From IMG/VR virus record IMGVR_UViG_3300025428_000005, positions 1 to 60,468 of that record: a stretch of DNA of 60,468 nt; one strand, written 5' to 3'. Below the pieces are notes generated by a model that saw only the letters and a list, made by a program, of their open reading frames with translations, ran no database searches and had not been told where the DNA came from. This document shows, in pieces, positions 29,499 to 38,974 of this stretch; positions within the stretch are counted from its first letter, which is position 1; each line of letters starts with the position of its first letter. The DNA is from a virus (Duplodnaviria > Caudoviricetes). The position numbers were made by a program, and so were the translations under genes.

Positions 29499-30953
29499 TT
29501 AAACGTTACCTACTTGAGTAGCGAATCCTGGAGCATTAGTACCAGTAGACAACCAAGTGTCAAGTACTAATACAGTTGAAGTTGCAGTACCTGAAGCGTA
29601 GAAGCTAGTGTTTACACCACCTGCAGTTCCTGGGGTTTCAGTGATACCTGCCAAGATCAACTCTTTACGAGCCGCTTGAGTTTGACCTACACCACCAAAT
29701 GCTGCATCATAGTATTGAATATATACCACAGAGAATGCATAAGGTAATACTACTTGGTTAACTGTGTTTGTTCCTGCTGCAGTAAGGTAGTTAACTACGT
29801 TAGCACGTTCTACAAAAGGAGGAACAGATACACGGTAGATGTTTCCATCTTGTGACAACCATTCGATATCTTGCAGTTCTTCAGTAGTTCCAACACCTTC
29901 ATTAGCACCTTGTGCAGGAGCTAAAGTTCCGTATGTAGTAGTAGAAGTTGCGTTAGTATAAGTTACAGGAGTAGTTCCAAATGAGTTAGACAAAGGAAGT
30001 ACTTTAAACCTGTTTTTGTAGTAACGGAATTTACCAGCTGCATAAGACTTAGGTAGACCAGTGATTTTTACACCGAAGTTACCTGCAGTTGCAGTGGCAG
30101 CAGTTGCGTAAGCATGTGCTTTGTTTGCTACAGTGAAGGTATAAGATGTTCCTGGATTACCTTGGAATGGAGCATTCAAAGTAATAGTTGTAGTAGTAGA
30201 GGCTATTACAATGTAAACTGGGGCAGTTACGTTAGTTGTAGCTACAATTGTGTTATTTGCGGTAGCATCTAAACGAATGTAAGTTCCTACAGGGTAATCA
30301 GTAGATGCTGCAGAACCAGAACAAGTTAATACTGGGGAACCTACAGTAGCTGTGATAGTTCCTGTGTTAGTAGTGCCTACAGTGTAAGTTGCAGAGTTAA
30401 CTACTTCAAACTTAGCATATGCATCAGGCATACGGAAGAAGTTAGCAATCAATGAAGCTTGCAAACCAAATGCAATACCTGATTGAGTATCATTTGCACT
30501 AGAAAAATAATCAAATTGTTTGTACATATCGCGATTACCAAAAGTGTTTTGTTCACCTTGTAACAAGATACGTCCAATGTAATCTGTATTGTTGTTTACT
30601 GCAATAGCATTGGTAGAGGTATAACCATCATATCCAATGTAAGTGATTTGTTCTTGAGCGTAAGTACCAATAGCCGCTTTGTAATTGATTACTTTATTAC
30701 GTTCGATAATATCAGACTTAATAGCTGGTTTACCTGCACCTTGTGATTGCATTACAACTACAGCTGGCTCAGACACTACAGTGGTAGTATTCAATACAGT
30801 TCCTGCAGCTACAGCTCCACGGCCAGTTGCGATTACTACTATTTCTCCATCTACAGCATATGTAGAAGCTGATTGATTAGTTGCTGTAACAGAGGCTGTT
30901 CTGGCAACATATTTACCTACTAAGAGGTTTCTTGCAAAAGTATTTGCTTGCAT
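29499..30953 (-). CDS. Putative auxiliary capsid/decoration protein
   Basis: 484 aa, Thr/Ala-rich; codon style like the capsid gene; last gene before a terminator. Confidence 0.55.
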   Translation of the reverse strand: MQANTFARNLLVGKYVARTASVTATNQSASTYAVDGEIVVIATGRGAVAAGTVLNTTTVVSEPAVVVMQSQGAGKPAIKSDIIERNKVINYKAAIGTYAQEQITYIGYDGYTSTNAIAVNNNTDYIGRILLQGEQNTFGNRDMYKQFDYFSSANDTQSGIAFGLQASLIANFFRMPDAYAKFEVVNSATYTVGTTNTGTITATVGSPVLTCSGSAASTDYPVGTYIRLDATANNTIVATTNVTAPVYIVIASTTTTITLNAPFQGNPGTSYTFTVANKAHAYATAATATAGNFGVKITGLPKSYAAGKFRYYKNRFKVLPLSNSFGTTPVTYTNATSTTTYGTLAPAQGANEGVGTTEELQDIEWLSQDGNIYRVSVPPFVERANVVNYLTAAGTNTVNQVVLPYAFSVVYIQYYDAAFGGVGQTQAARKELILAGITETPGTAGGVNTSFYASGTATSTVLVLDTWLSTGTNAPGFATQVGNV

Positions 30954-30995
30954 GTTGTTTGGTTTTTAATTGTTTATTAGTTTATTGTTTTAAGA

Positions 30996-31610
30996 TTATC
31001 CTGCGAATGGTGTAGCTAAAGTTCCTGAACCGTATAAAAGACCTCCTGATATAGCCCATTTGTTTGCTGCAACACAAGTCAATTCGTAAGTAGTTCCTGC
31101 TAAACCACCAGTAGTAGTTCCATTAGAGGCTATTTTATAGTTACTAGAACCATTAGCTGTAAATGAGCTAGGAGTAGTTGCTGATGCTTTATCCATCAAT
31201 ACAGCACCTATAATAAGGTCAGATGAACTTGCTGCATCTACTTCATGAGCATTAGAGGTTACAGCAGTAGTTACTACAAATAAGAATGTTACACCAATGT
31301 TTGCAGTAGTTGCTGCGGGTAAAGTGTACTTTACACCAGTAGCTGCATCAAATAATACTGTAGATCCTGATTGAGCTGCAGTTAAAGTAGCGGTAGCACC
31401 TACACCACTAATTACAGAAGCTTTAAATACGTTAGGAGTAATAGCATTCAATACGTCAGAAATAGCTGCAGTTTGAGATACTAAGTTGTTAAATTGTAAA
31501 GCACGTACAGGAATAACATTTAAGTTATTGTAAGTATCATGTGCTGTATTTACTGATGTTTGAGAAACCAGTAAATTGTTAAGTGAAGAAGAGGTTGTAG
31601 CTAGTGCCAT
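30996..31610 (-). CDS. Putative head fibre/decoration protein
   Basis: TLTAAQSGSTVLFDAATG..YTLPAA...GTTTGG...ATPFAG. Confidence 0.55.
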   Translation of the reverse strand: MALATTSSSLNNLLVSQTSVNTAHDTYNNLNVIPVRALQFNNLVSQTAAISDVLNAITPNVFKASVISGVGATATLTAAQSGSTVLFDAATGVKYTLPAATTANIGVTFLFVVTTAVTSNAHEVDAASSSDLIIGAVLMDKASATTPSSFTANGSSNYKIASNGTTTGGLAGTTYELTCVAANKWAISGGLLYGSGTLATPFAG

Positions 31611-31631
31611 TTAGTTTATGTGTTTAAGTTA

Positions 31632-32378
31632 TTATTCTTTAAGTGTATTTAGATTAACTTGTAAGCTAGGATCTTGTACATCTGCTTTAGCTATTTCAAC
31701 TGTTCTGTGTAAAAGTTCTCTATGGAAAGAGTCTGCTAGTTGAGATACTTGATCTGTTAAGTTTTGAGTTAAATCTATTGGTAAAGGTTTTTTAATGTAA
31801 CCTATCTTGTAGTTCTGTAATCCGAACGTACCATCTGTTACTAATTCATGTGTAAATCCTGAAGTACGTAATCTAAATACTCTTCCGGTATTACCTTTAA
31901 CATAAGGCTTTCTAAAAGGATTATCTACTGCTAAGTTATATTGATCGTGTGTTACTTCTACTACATAGGCAGTTACTACCTTAGTAGTATTACCTGGTAT
32001 AGTGCAATCTATTACGTTAGTTAATACTTCTTCAAATACTGTGAACCAAAATACATTACTAAAGTCTGTACCTTTAGGTAGAGTTGTTAATAAAGTATTA
32101 GGTAAAGTGTAGGTATAACTGTTATCTAGAAACCCAGGGCCAGTAGGAGTCAATGATGCATAGACCATTAACTCCCCTAGTTCCTGTGTTCTTTTTTCAC
32201 TCTCTTCAAATCCTTCTTTTAATCTATTAGAATTAGGTCCGTATTTCTCTATTACTAAAGCTTCTTGAGCTTCTGAAGCAATTATAGACAATTCTGCAGC
32301 AGTATAACCAGGAGCACCTAAGGTAGCTACTTTGTCATACTCTATGAAGAACTGATCTAAAAAAGCTTGTTTAGTCAT
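31632..32378 (-). CDS. Head-tail ring protein (conserved crAss-like capsid-module gene)
   Basis: APGY, GFEESEKRTQEL, YIKKP and HRELL motifs; second gene after the MCP. Confidence 0.65.
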   Translation of the reverse strand: MTKQAFLDQFFIEYDKVATLGAPGYTAAELSIIASEAQEALVIEKYGPNSNRLKEGFEESEKRTQELGELMVYASLTPTGPGFLDNSYTYTLPNTLLTTLPKGTDFSNVFWFTVFEEVLTNVIDCTIPGNTTKVVTAYVVEVTHDQYNLAVDNPFRKPYVKGNTGRVFRLRTSGFTHELVTDGTFGLQNYKIGYIKKPLPIDLTQNLTDQVSQLADSFHRELLHRTVEIAKADVQDPSLQVNLNTLKE

Positions 32379-32384
32379 AATAGA

Positions 32385-33221
32385 TTATTTTGCAGCTTTA
32401 ATTCTTTCTTTGATTACTAGGAATTCTTCAGAATGTTCTGGATTGTACAACCAATCAATTGCTTTCTCAGCTACACCAATATTCAATCCACCTGGCAATT
32501 CGTAAGTGTTATTTCCTTTCTTTACAAGAGCTTTAACAGCTACTGCTTCTGCCAATAGAATCTTATTATCAAAGTGTGTATCTTTAACTATAGCTAAGAA
32601 ACCTTTTAAATCATCTTCTATTACAAGGTCTATTTCAGCAATCAACCAATCCTTAGTAGCATCAGCTGGTACTTTCTTACCATATACTTTAAAGAAGTTT
32701 CTAAGTTTAGTTTCTGATACTTCTAGTTTACCCAATTCTTTATAAGCTTCTTTCTTATCATCAGTGGTCTTACGTTTAGCAGCTGCACGATCTTCTTCAT
32801 CTACTAAAGCAAATCTGTAAGTTCCTAAGCCTAAACGTTGATCGTATGATGGTGCGATAAACTGTGAATTAGCTTTCAATATAGCGTAGTTGATAAAATC
32901 ATTTGGATCAGATAGATCTAAGATTGTTTCCATCTTGTCTAACTTTACCTCACGGCCTGCCCAAAAGTTGTCATCACCTACTTTATTGATATTCAAATCT
33001 TCTAAAGAGATAGCTAATCTGTCAGCTAAATCTTTCTTTTCTTCAGCAGTAAGATCTTTTAAAGGATCTATTAACCTACCATTATTAGGATTAATTGGTA
33101 CACAGTAAGTTGCCTTAGTACCTGTATACATAAATCCTCCATCATGTTCAGGTTTTAGCCAACCACCACTTCTGGTGATTGGCATAACCCGCACTTTTTT
33201 ATTCTTCAATGCTGTACTCAT
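32385..33221 (-). CDS. Conserved crAss-like protein downstream of the MCP
   Basis: NFW...LDLSDPNDFINYAIL...IAPS; conserved synteny. Confidence 0.65.
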   Translation of the reverse strand: MSTALKNKKVRVMPITRSGGWLKPEHDGGFMYTGTKATYCVPINPNNGRLIDPLKDLTAEEKKDLADRLAISLEDLNINKVGDDNFWAGREVKLDKMETILDLSDPNDFINYAILKANSQFIAPSYDQRLGLGTYRFALVDEEDRAAAKRKTTDDKKEAYKELGKLEVSETKLRNFFKVYGKKVPADATKDWLIAEIDLVIEDDLKGFLAIVKDTHFDNKILLAEAVAVKALVKKGNNTYELPGGLNIGVAEKAIDWLYNPEHSEEFLVIKERIKAAK

Positions 33222-33248
33222 ATCAGATATTTAATATTAATTATTTAA

Positions 33249-34724
33249 TTATAGTTCACCACCAGCTAAGATGTTCGGGATGATTTGAATACAACGCATT
33301 GGATTCTTAATCATAGCACCTGCAACACTCATACGGTGAATGGTATATCCATCAGTTGAATTAGCCATGATATTGTTTTTACCATCTAAAGAGAATGGGT
33401 TACGCAATCCTGATACATATCCAATGATGTCTTCTTGACCTTTAACGTATACTTTACGGATATTTGGTTCTCCATCAGCTTGACCTACGTCTAAGATATC
33501 GTAACGGTAAGATTCAGCTAAACCTCCATTTGGGTGGTAGATTTTGTTACGTTCTGGATCATCGTACATTGGTTCATGAGACAAGGTTACTTCGATACCA
33601 TTTGGACCCATAAACTCAAGGAATTGTCCTCTGAAGCCCATTGTGTTATTTTTACCCAAGTAAACACGGTTAGTGTCAAACAATGGAGTATACAATGAAG
33701 CGTAAGATTCCAAAGCTGCAGAGAATTGGTACATACCCCACTCACCTGTACGGATCACAAACTTACGTCTGTCTTGAGATAATTTACCAACTGATAAACC
33801 TAACAATTGTTCGGTCAACCATTTGATGTTAAAGGTGTTGTAATAAGCTACGTTAGATGGGGCCATTTGAGCACGGATACCTGCACCTTGACGAATTTCA
33901 TAACCTGATTTACCTTTATTCAAATAAGTTCCTTGGGCTGTTTTATTAGCTGTAGAGAAGTACAAAAGTTTGTTCTTTTCTTCACGGAATTGTGCTTCAA
34001 ATTCATAGTCAGCGTATTGCATCCAAGTTGTATGAACTTTACCGTTCTCATCTGCGAAAGAGAAATTCACAGGACGGTTAATCATATTACCTGGACGAGT
34101 ATCTTCCATACGGATAGTAGAGAAAGAGTTACGCATTTTGAAAGGTGAAGTGTAATGAACTCCTCCGCCTTTTTTAGACAAAGTGTGTTCAACAGCAGAC
34201 CATTCTTTAGAGAACCTCTTACCAGCAGCTAATTGTGCAGGAGGGAAGAACAAAGTTGGGTCACCAGTCATAAGTTCTACTTCATACTCCCAGTTACCAC
34301 CAATTGAAATTGGATCAGTAGTAATACGCAAAGGGTAAGCTTCATTCATTTCACCCACGATCAAGTTCACATCAGTGAAGTATTGCTCAGGGAATTGTAC
34401 ATAGAACCTTGTGTTGTTAATACCTGGAAGGTCTGTTGCAGCTACTGCAGAACCTCCTGAAGTAAGACTAGCTTGTACGATAGGTACGTTCTTACGTCCT
34501 GACCCTTGCAAATCCCACTCGAAGTCATCATCAGACTCAAGGTATAAAGGTTTAAATTGATTCAAGTATGAATCTAAGTCCATACCAAAGTTTACATTGT
34601 AAATACGAGTAAGCAATTGGCTAGCTTTTTGCGGCTCGATATTAAACAATGCACCCAAGTGATTAGAGGTAGTAAGTCCTGACCAGTCGGTTGACTCATA
34701 CATCTGTAGTGGTGAAATTTTCAT
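33249..34724 (-). CDS. Major capsid protein
   Basis: 491 aa; WSGLTTSNHLG, FEWDL, GAGIRAQ, TGEWGM, PMYDD and ESYRYDI crAss-type blocks; terminase-portal-scaffold-MCP order. Confidence 0.9.
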   Translation of the reverse strand: MKISPLQMYESTDWSGLTTSNHLGALFNIEPQKASQLLTRIYNVNFGMDLDSYLNQFKPLYLESDDDFEWDLQGSGRKNVPIVQASLTSGGSAVAATDLPGINNTRFYVQFPEQYFTDVNLIVGEMNEAYPLRITTDPISIGGNWEYEVELMTGDPTLFFPPAQLAAGKRFSKEWSAVEHTLSKKGGGVHYTSPFKMRNSFSTIRMEDTRPGNMINRPVNFSFADENGKVHTTWMQYADYEFEAQFREEKNKLLYFSTANKTAQGTYLNKGKSGYEIRQGAGIRAQMAPSNVAYYNTFNIKWLTEQLLGLSVGKLSQDRRKFVIRTGEWGMYQFSAALESYASLYTPLFDTNRVYLGKNNTMGFRGQFLEFMGPNGIEVTLSHEPMYDDPERNKIYHPNGGLAESYRYDILDVGQADGEPNIRKVYVKGQEDIIGYVSGLRNPFSLDGKNNIMANSTDGYTIHRMSVAGAMIKNPMRCIQIIPNILAGGEL

Positions 34725-34764
34725 GTTTAATTGTTTTTGTGTTTGTTAATTGATTGAGTTGTAT

Positions 34765-36012
34765 CTATTTTAATTTGCCTAGGAACTTACTAGCTGCAGA
34801 TAGGATATCTCCACCTTTAGCATCATCATCATAAACATTTGTTCTACCACCAGTTAATCTAGCTGTATTAGCCGCTTTACTTTCTAACTTACTAATCGCA
34901 GCTGTATTAGCTTTCTTAGTAATCTCAGAGAAATCAGTAAAACCTTTAGTCAACCTAGAAAGATAGTTTAGTTTAATTTCAAACCCAATTGGATCTGCAT
35001 TACGTAGTTGTTGTATCTCACTAATAGGTGCACCTGTTTGTTTATCATAACCTACAGGAGTAGTTAGTGATTTATGTATAGCTTTAGTTTCTACTTCTGT
35101 AAGCTTTAAACCAGGTACTATCTCTTTACCTTTATATTCTTCAGCACGTTTCTTAATCTCTGCTACTTGAGCTTCCTGTGCTTTCTTTTGAGCTTCTCTT
35201 TGAGCTTTAGTTTGGTCTTTAAGCTGTGCTTCTTTCTGTTTCTCAAATGCAATAAGCTCAGGTAATGCTTCACCAGATTCAGAGGCCAAGTCTCCAATAT
35301 CCTCAAGTTGCTGAATCTTTTTATCAATCTTTGCATCACTGAACGAAGTAGTTTCTTTTAGATAACGTCTATAAACTTCTTTTTGTAGAGAAACATCTTC
35401 AGCTAATTTATCTTGATCAATAGATGAATACCTAATCTCATTAGACTTGATATTTATCAACTGATCCAAAGGTACACCTTCTTCATAGTTATCTGCTAGA
35501 TACTTAATGATAGGAGGTAAAGCCTCTTTATATTCTTCAACCATAGCATTAGCTTTTGCTACAGCTTCATTTGTAATAGCTTGTGTAAGTCCTTCTGGTG
35601 TACCATCAAACTCTTCTTCATTTAAAGACTCAAGAGCTCCTGCATTCTTAAGAGCAGAAGCAAACTCTTTAAGAGCTTGTACTGAATCGTCAGTTTGATT
35701 ATTGCCAGTTTGATCATCTGTAGAGTTTTGAAGTTCTATTTCATCTGTATCTAACTCGTCTTTAACTACTTTATTACCTTCGTTAACTGTCTTAGTAGAT
35801 GTAGGAATCTCTACATCATCTACTTCAATTAGATTAGAATCTTCTACTACAGGAGTAGTTGCTTTCTTTGTTGCCGCAGCTTTAGTTACTGCTTGAGGTG
35901 TTTCAATAACAGTTGAACCATCGTCATTTAATTCGATGGTACCTTTAGAGTTTAGCAATGCAATAGAGTCTAAACCACTAAAAAAATCGTTACCTGATGT
36001 ATCGTTTGGCAT
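34765..36012 (-). CDS. Putative scaffolding protein
   Basis: 415 aa; acidic N-terminus and coiled coil; immediately upstream of the MCP. Confidence 0.6.
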   Translation of the reverse strand: MPNDTSGNDFFSGLDSIALLNSKGTIELNDDGSTVIETPQAVTKAAATKKATTPVVEDSNLIEVDDVEIPTSTKTVNEGNKVVKDELDTDEIELQNSTDDQTGNNQTDDSVQALKEFASALKNAGALESLNEEEFDGTPEGLTQAITNEAVAKANAMVEEYKEALPPIIKYLADNYEEGVPLDQLINIKSNEIRYSSIDQDKLAEDVSLQKEVYRRYLKETTSFSDAKIDKKIQQLEDIGDLASESGEALPELIAFEKQKEAQLKDQTKAQREAQKKAQEAQVAEIKKRAEEYKGKEIVPGLKLTEVETKAIHKSLTTPVGYDKQTGAPISEIQQLRNADPIGFEIKLNYLSRLTKGFTDFSEITKKANTAAISKLESKAANTARLTGGRTNVYDDDAKGGDILSAASKFLGKLK

Positions 36013-36022
36013 AATTTAAATG

Positions 36023-36054
36023 TAAAATTAATATATAATTGATTGAAAATCAAG
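36023..36054 (-). promoter_or_regulatory. Bacteroidota-type promoter (variant -7) for scaffold/MCP
   Basis: Minus strand CTTG-N20-TAATTTTA. Confidence 0.55.
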
Positions 36055-36114
36055 TATAGTTGGAAATAACTACACTTGCCTATGACTTTTTACAGTCAAA
36101 AGTAATTAAAATTA

Positions 36115-36384
36115 TTACTTCTTTTTGCCGTAATTCCAGAGATCACAGCAATATTTTTCATCTTTTTTAGGTAATTTATCATCACCTAACCACTTGATGA
36201 ATACTTTATTTGTACAATGTTTATGGTCTTCAGATAGGTACTTACAATTAGCACAGTGCGAACCTTCCTCAGGAACTTCCATACCTAACTTATGATCTTT
36301 GGGGTACTCAAATTTGTTACCACCAAACATCTTTTCTTTTGGCTTAATAGACTTTACAGCTTCTTTTACTTTACTATAATCCAT
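36115..36384 (-). CDS. Small Cys-rich protein with HiPIP-like spacing
   Basis: CANC-x9-C...CCDLW. Confidence 0.55.
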   Translation of the reverse strand: MDYSKVKEAVKSIKPKEKMFGGNKFEYPKDHKLGMEVPEEGSHCANCKYLSEDHKHCTNKVFIKWLGDDKLPKKDEKYCCDLWNYGKKK

Positions 36385-38894
36385 TACTTACCTTTAGGTT
36401 TAGATTTTGCTATAGATTTCTTAGCTGCTATCTCTTTTTCTTTAAGCTTAGCTTCTCTAATAGAATTCTCTTTCTCTTGCTTAGTACGTAAGTTCTCAGC
36501 TTCTGTCTTCATTTGTTCCATTCTTTCTTGAGACTCTAACTTCATATGTTCTAATTCCAACTTCTCTTTATGCATTCTAAGTTTGTTCTCTTCTACTAAG
36601 TGTTTAGTCTCTGCCTCAGATAAATGTTTCTTCTCTTCTAAAGATAACTTAGATTGTGCTAAGATATCATCTGTATCTTTACTAAACCCTAATGCAGTTA
36701 TAGTAGCTACTTGAATCTTAGTTTGTGCTTCAGTATCTATTTGATATTGTTTAAGCTGCCTATCTAACTCTCTTTGTTGTAACTCTTCCTGGTGCATTCT
36801 TTCAGCTAAATCTTGTTGCTGTTTCTGAATCTCCTGCTCATGCTGTACTTGTTGTTGTTGAGCTTGTTGCTTAGCTTCTTCTGCTTCTTCTAGCTTAGCT
36901 TTGATAGAAGACATAGAACTATTAGCATATATATTTATCATTTGAACAAAGTCTACTGCACCACTTTGTACCGCAGCTTGAACACCTTGTTGCAATGCTT
37001 GTAAAGTTCTTTGATCTTGTGAAGCGTCAGATACTAGTATACCATACTCTGCTTCATTAACTACATTACCATCTATTGTGTAAATAGCTGTAGTCATACT
37101 GTCTATTACATTCTGAATCTTCTTATTACCATTACGTACTGAATACTTAGCTACTTCTAGTAAGTGTTTTAGTACTCTAACCTTAGTAGAATCATGTAAT
37201 TTAAAATACCATTCAGTTATTGTAGCACTAGCTTCTTTAGCTTCTTGTGTAATACCTAATCCTGCTTCAGATGATATCTGGCCTTGTCTCTGCCTATTAA
37301 TACCTGTAATAGAAGCTAATTGCTGATCAATATATTGCAACATCTTTAGACCTTGGTCTATCATAGCACGTTGCTCCATATCCATTACTCCACTGCTAGG
37401 ACTAGATACTGTGCCTACAAGTTTACCTGTAGCAGCACCTTTCTTAGACTCTTTAAAAGAATCTTTAATCCTAAATCCTACCATAGTAGCGTAGTATAGA
37501 TACATGTCTTCAGACCATCCGTCAGGAATCTCTGCAAGATCTAATTCACCTATTCTACCGTATGATTTGATGTTAGCTAATTCTAACCTATATGCGTATG
37601 CATTATAGCTGTACTGGTAAGGCTTACATATATCGTAAAAAGATAATACTCTATTAGAATTTGTATTACATAAGGTACCTACATAACCTAAACTACATTT
37701 AGAGTAGTTATCTAACTCTCTAAACTGCACTTTACGTGGCTCCATCTTTACATAGATGTGCCCTGCAATCTTAGTACCTTCCCAAGCTTCATTAATCCAA
37801 ATCCACTTGATTGTGTATCCCATTGCTTTAAACTCAGGTGATATAACAAACTCTTCAGATACTATGTCTTTATCTCCATTAGGATCTGTTAGAATACCTA
37901 CCTTACGCATTGATCTCCAACATACACGTACTACACGTACATTACCTTGGTTATCATAAGCTCCACCTATTGTAGCGAAGTTTACGTTATCTGTATCTAT
38001 ATAGTTATTAGCACCTACTTCAGTATCTAAGAACGTCATAGGCTTATTAGAATAGCCTAGTACAGAATCATTTGTTGCAGTAGGACCCTGCTTCCTAGAG
38101 ATCATCTCTATCTCATCTGCACTAAGATACTCGTAGAATGCATCAATTACTTTACCTAGTGGCTCGTAATTCTCTTCTACAACTATGTCTGAATCTTCTA
38201 CCTTATTTGTATTAGGAGCTGTTAGGAAGTAAGTATTCAATGGATTACATCTTCTTACGTCTGGTTCTCCATTAACTTCATCTACAGCATATATCTCTTC
38301 ACCTACTAACAAGAAGTCTTCCCAACCTCTAGTATATAGTTCTTTGATATTTAAATGTCTTGTATAGTACTCAAGTAATCTAGTAGCAGATAGCTCACGC
38401 ATATCTCTATAGTTATACTTCAAGTACTTAATCTTTTTATCTATCTCTTCGTCAGGAACTTTCTGACCATTTAGTTCTTTCTCTACAACACTCTTCAGAT
38501 AAGCTATAATTTGCCCTCTAACCTCTTCTTCTTTATCTGAAATAGCATCACTGTTTATTGTAACACAATCCCAATCAAAACGCCTCTTAATTTCTTCACC
38601 TAGTAAAGTCTTAACATACGGATTGATTATATTGTAGTTTCTAGGCTCTGTAGGAAACTCATCTATCTTAATCCCAAAAGGATTAACTATACGCTCCATA
38701 TCTGCCTTATTAACTATATCATTATACAGATCGTAGTTAACTTTCTTTTGAAGCCTTCTTTGTCTTATACCAGAGTTCTGGAAAAAGATTAAAGATTCAG
38801 CAGCATCTACACACTCTTTTCTCCAAGCTATATCTTTCTCTTTAAGAGTTTTCTTCTGTGAAGGGAATTCTTTTATCTGCGCTCCAAATAGCAT
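36384..38894 (-). CDS. Portal protein
   Basis: 836 aa; FPSQK, NYDLYN, LLGEEIKR, WINEAWEGTKI and GINRQRQG motifs; downstream of terL. Confidence 0.9.
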   Translation of the reverse strand: MLFGAQIKEFPSQKKTLKEKDIAWRKECVDAAESLIFFQNSGIRQRRLQKKVNYDLYNDIVNKADMERIVNPFGIKIDEFPTEPRNYNIINPYVKTLLGEEIKRRFDWDCVTINSDAISDKEEEVRGQIIAYLKSVVEKELNGQKVPDEEIDKKIKYLKYNYRDMRELSATRLLEYYTRHLNIKELYTRGWEDFLLVGEEIYAVDEVNGEPDVRRCNPLNTYFLTAPNTNKVEDSDIVVEENYEPLGKVIDAFYEYLSADEIEMISRKQGPTATNDSVLGYSNKPMTFLDTEVGANNYIDTDNVNFATIGGAYDNQGNVRVVRVCWRSMRKVGILTDPNGDKDIVSEEFVISPEFKAMGYTIKWIWINEAWEGTKIAGHIYVKMEPRKVQFRELDNYSKCSLGYVGTLCNTNSNRVLSFYDICKPYQYSYNAYAYRLELANIKSYGRIGELDLAEIPDGWSEDMYLYYATMVGFRIKDSFKESKKGAATGKLVGTVSSPSSGVMDMEQRAMIDQGLKMLQYIDQQLASITGINRQRQGQISSEAGLGITQEAKEASATITEWYFKLHDSTKVRVLKHLLEVAKYSVRNGNKKIQNVIDSMTTAIYTIDGNVVNEAEYGILVSDASQDQRTLQALQQGVQAAVQSGAVDFVQMINIYANSSMSSIKAKLEEAEEAKQQAQQQQVQHEQEIQKQQQDLAERMHQEELQQRELDRQLKQYQIDTEAQTKIQVATITALGFSKDTDDILAQSKLSLEEKKHLSEAETKHLVEENKLRMHKEKLELEHMKLESQERMEQMKTEAENLRTKQEKENSIREAKLKEKEIAAKKSIAKSKPKGK

Positions 38895-38911
38895 TTGAAT
38901 AGTTTAATGTA

Positions 38912-38943
38912 CAAAGATAGCTAATAAGTAGTTTAAAGTCAAG
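38912..38943 (-). promoter_or_regulatory. Bacteroidota-type promoter for the portal gene
   Basis: Minus strand CTTG-N20-TATCTTTG. Confidence 0.75.
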
Positions 38944-38974
38944 TATTTATTTTAATAAAAGATAATTTAAATTA

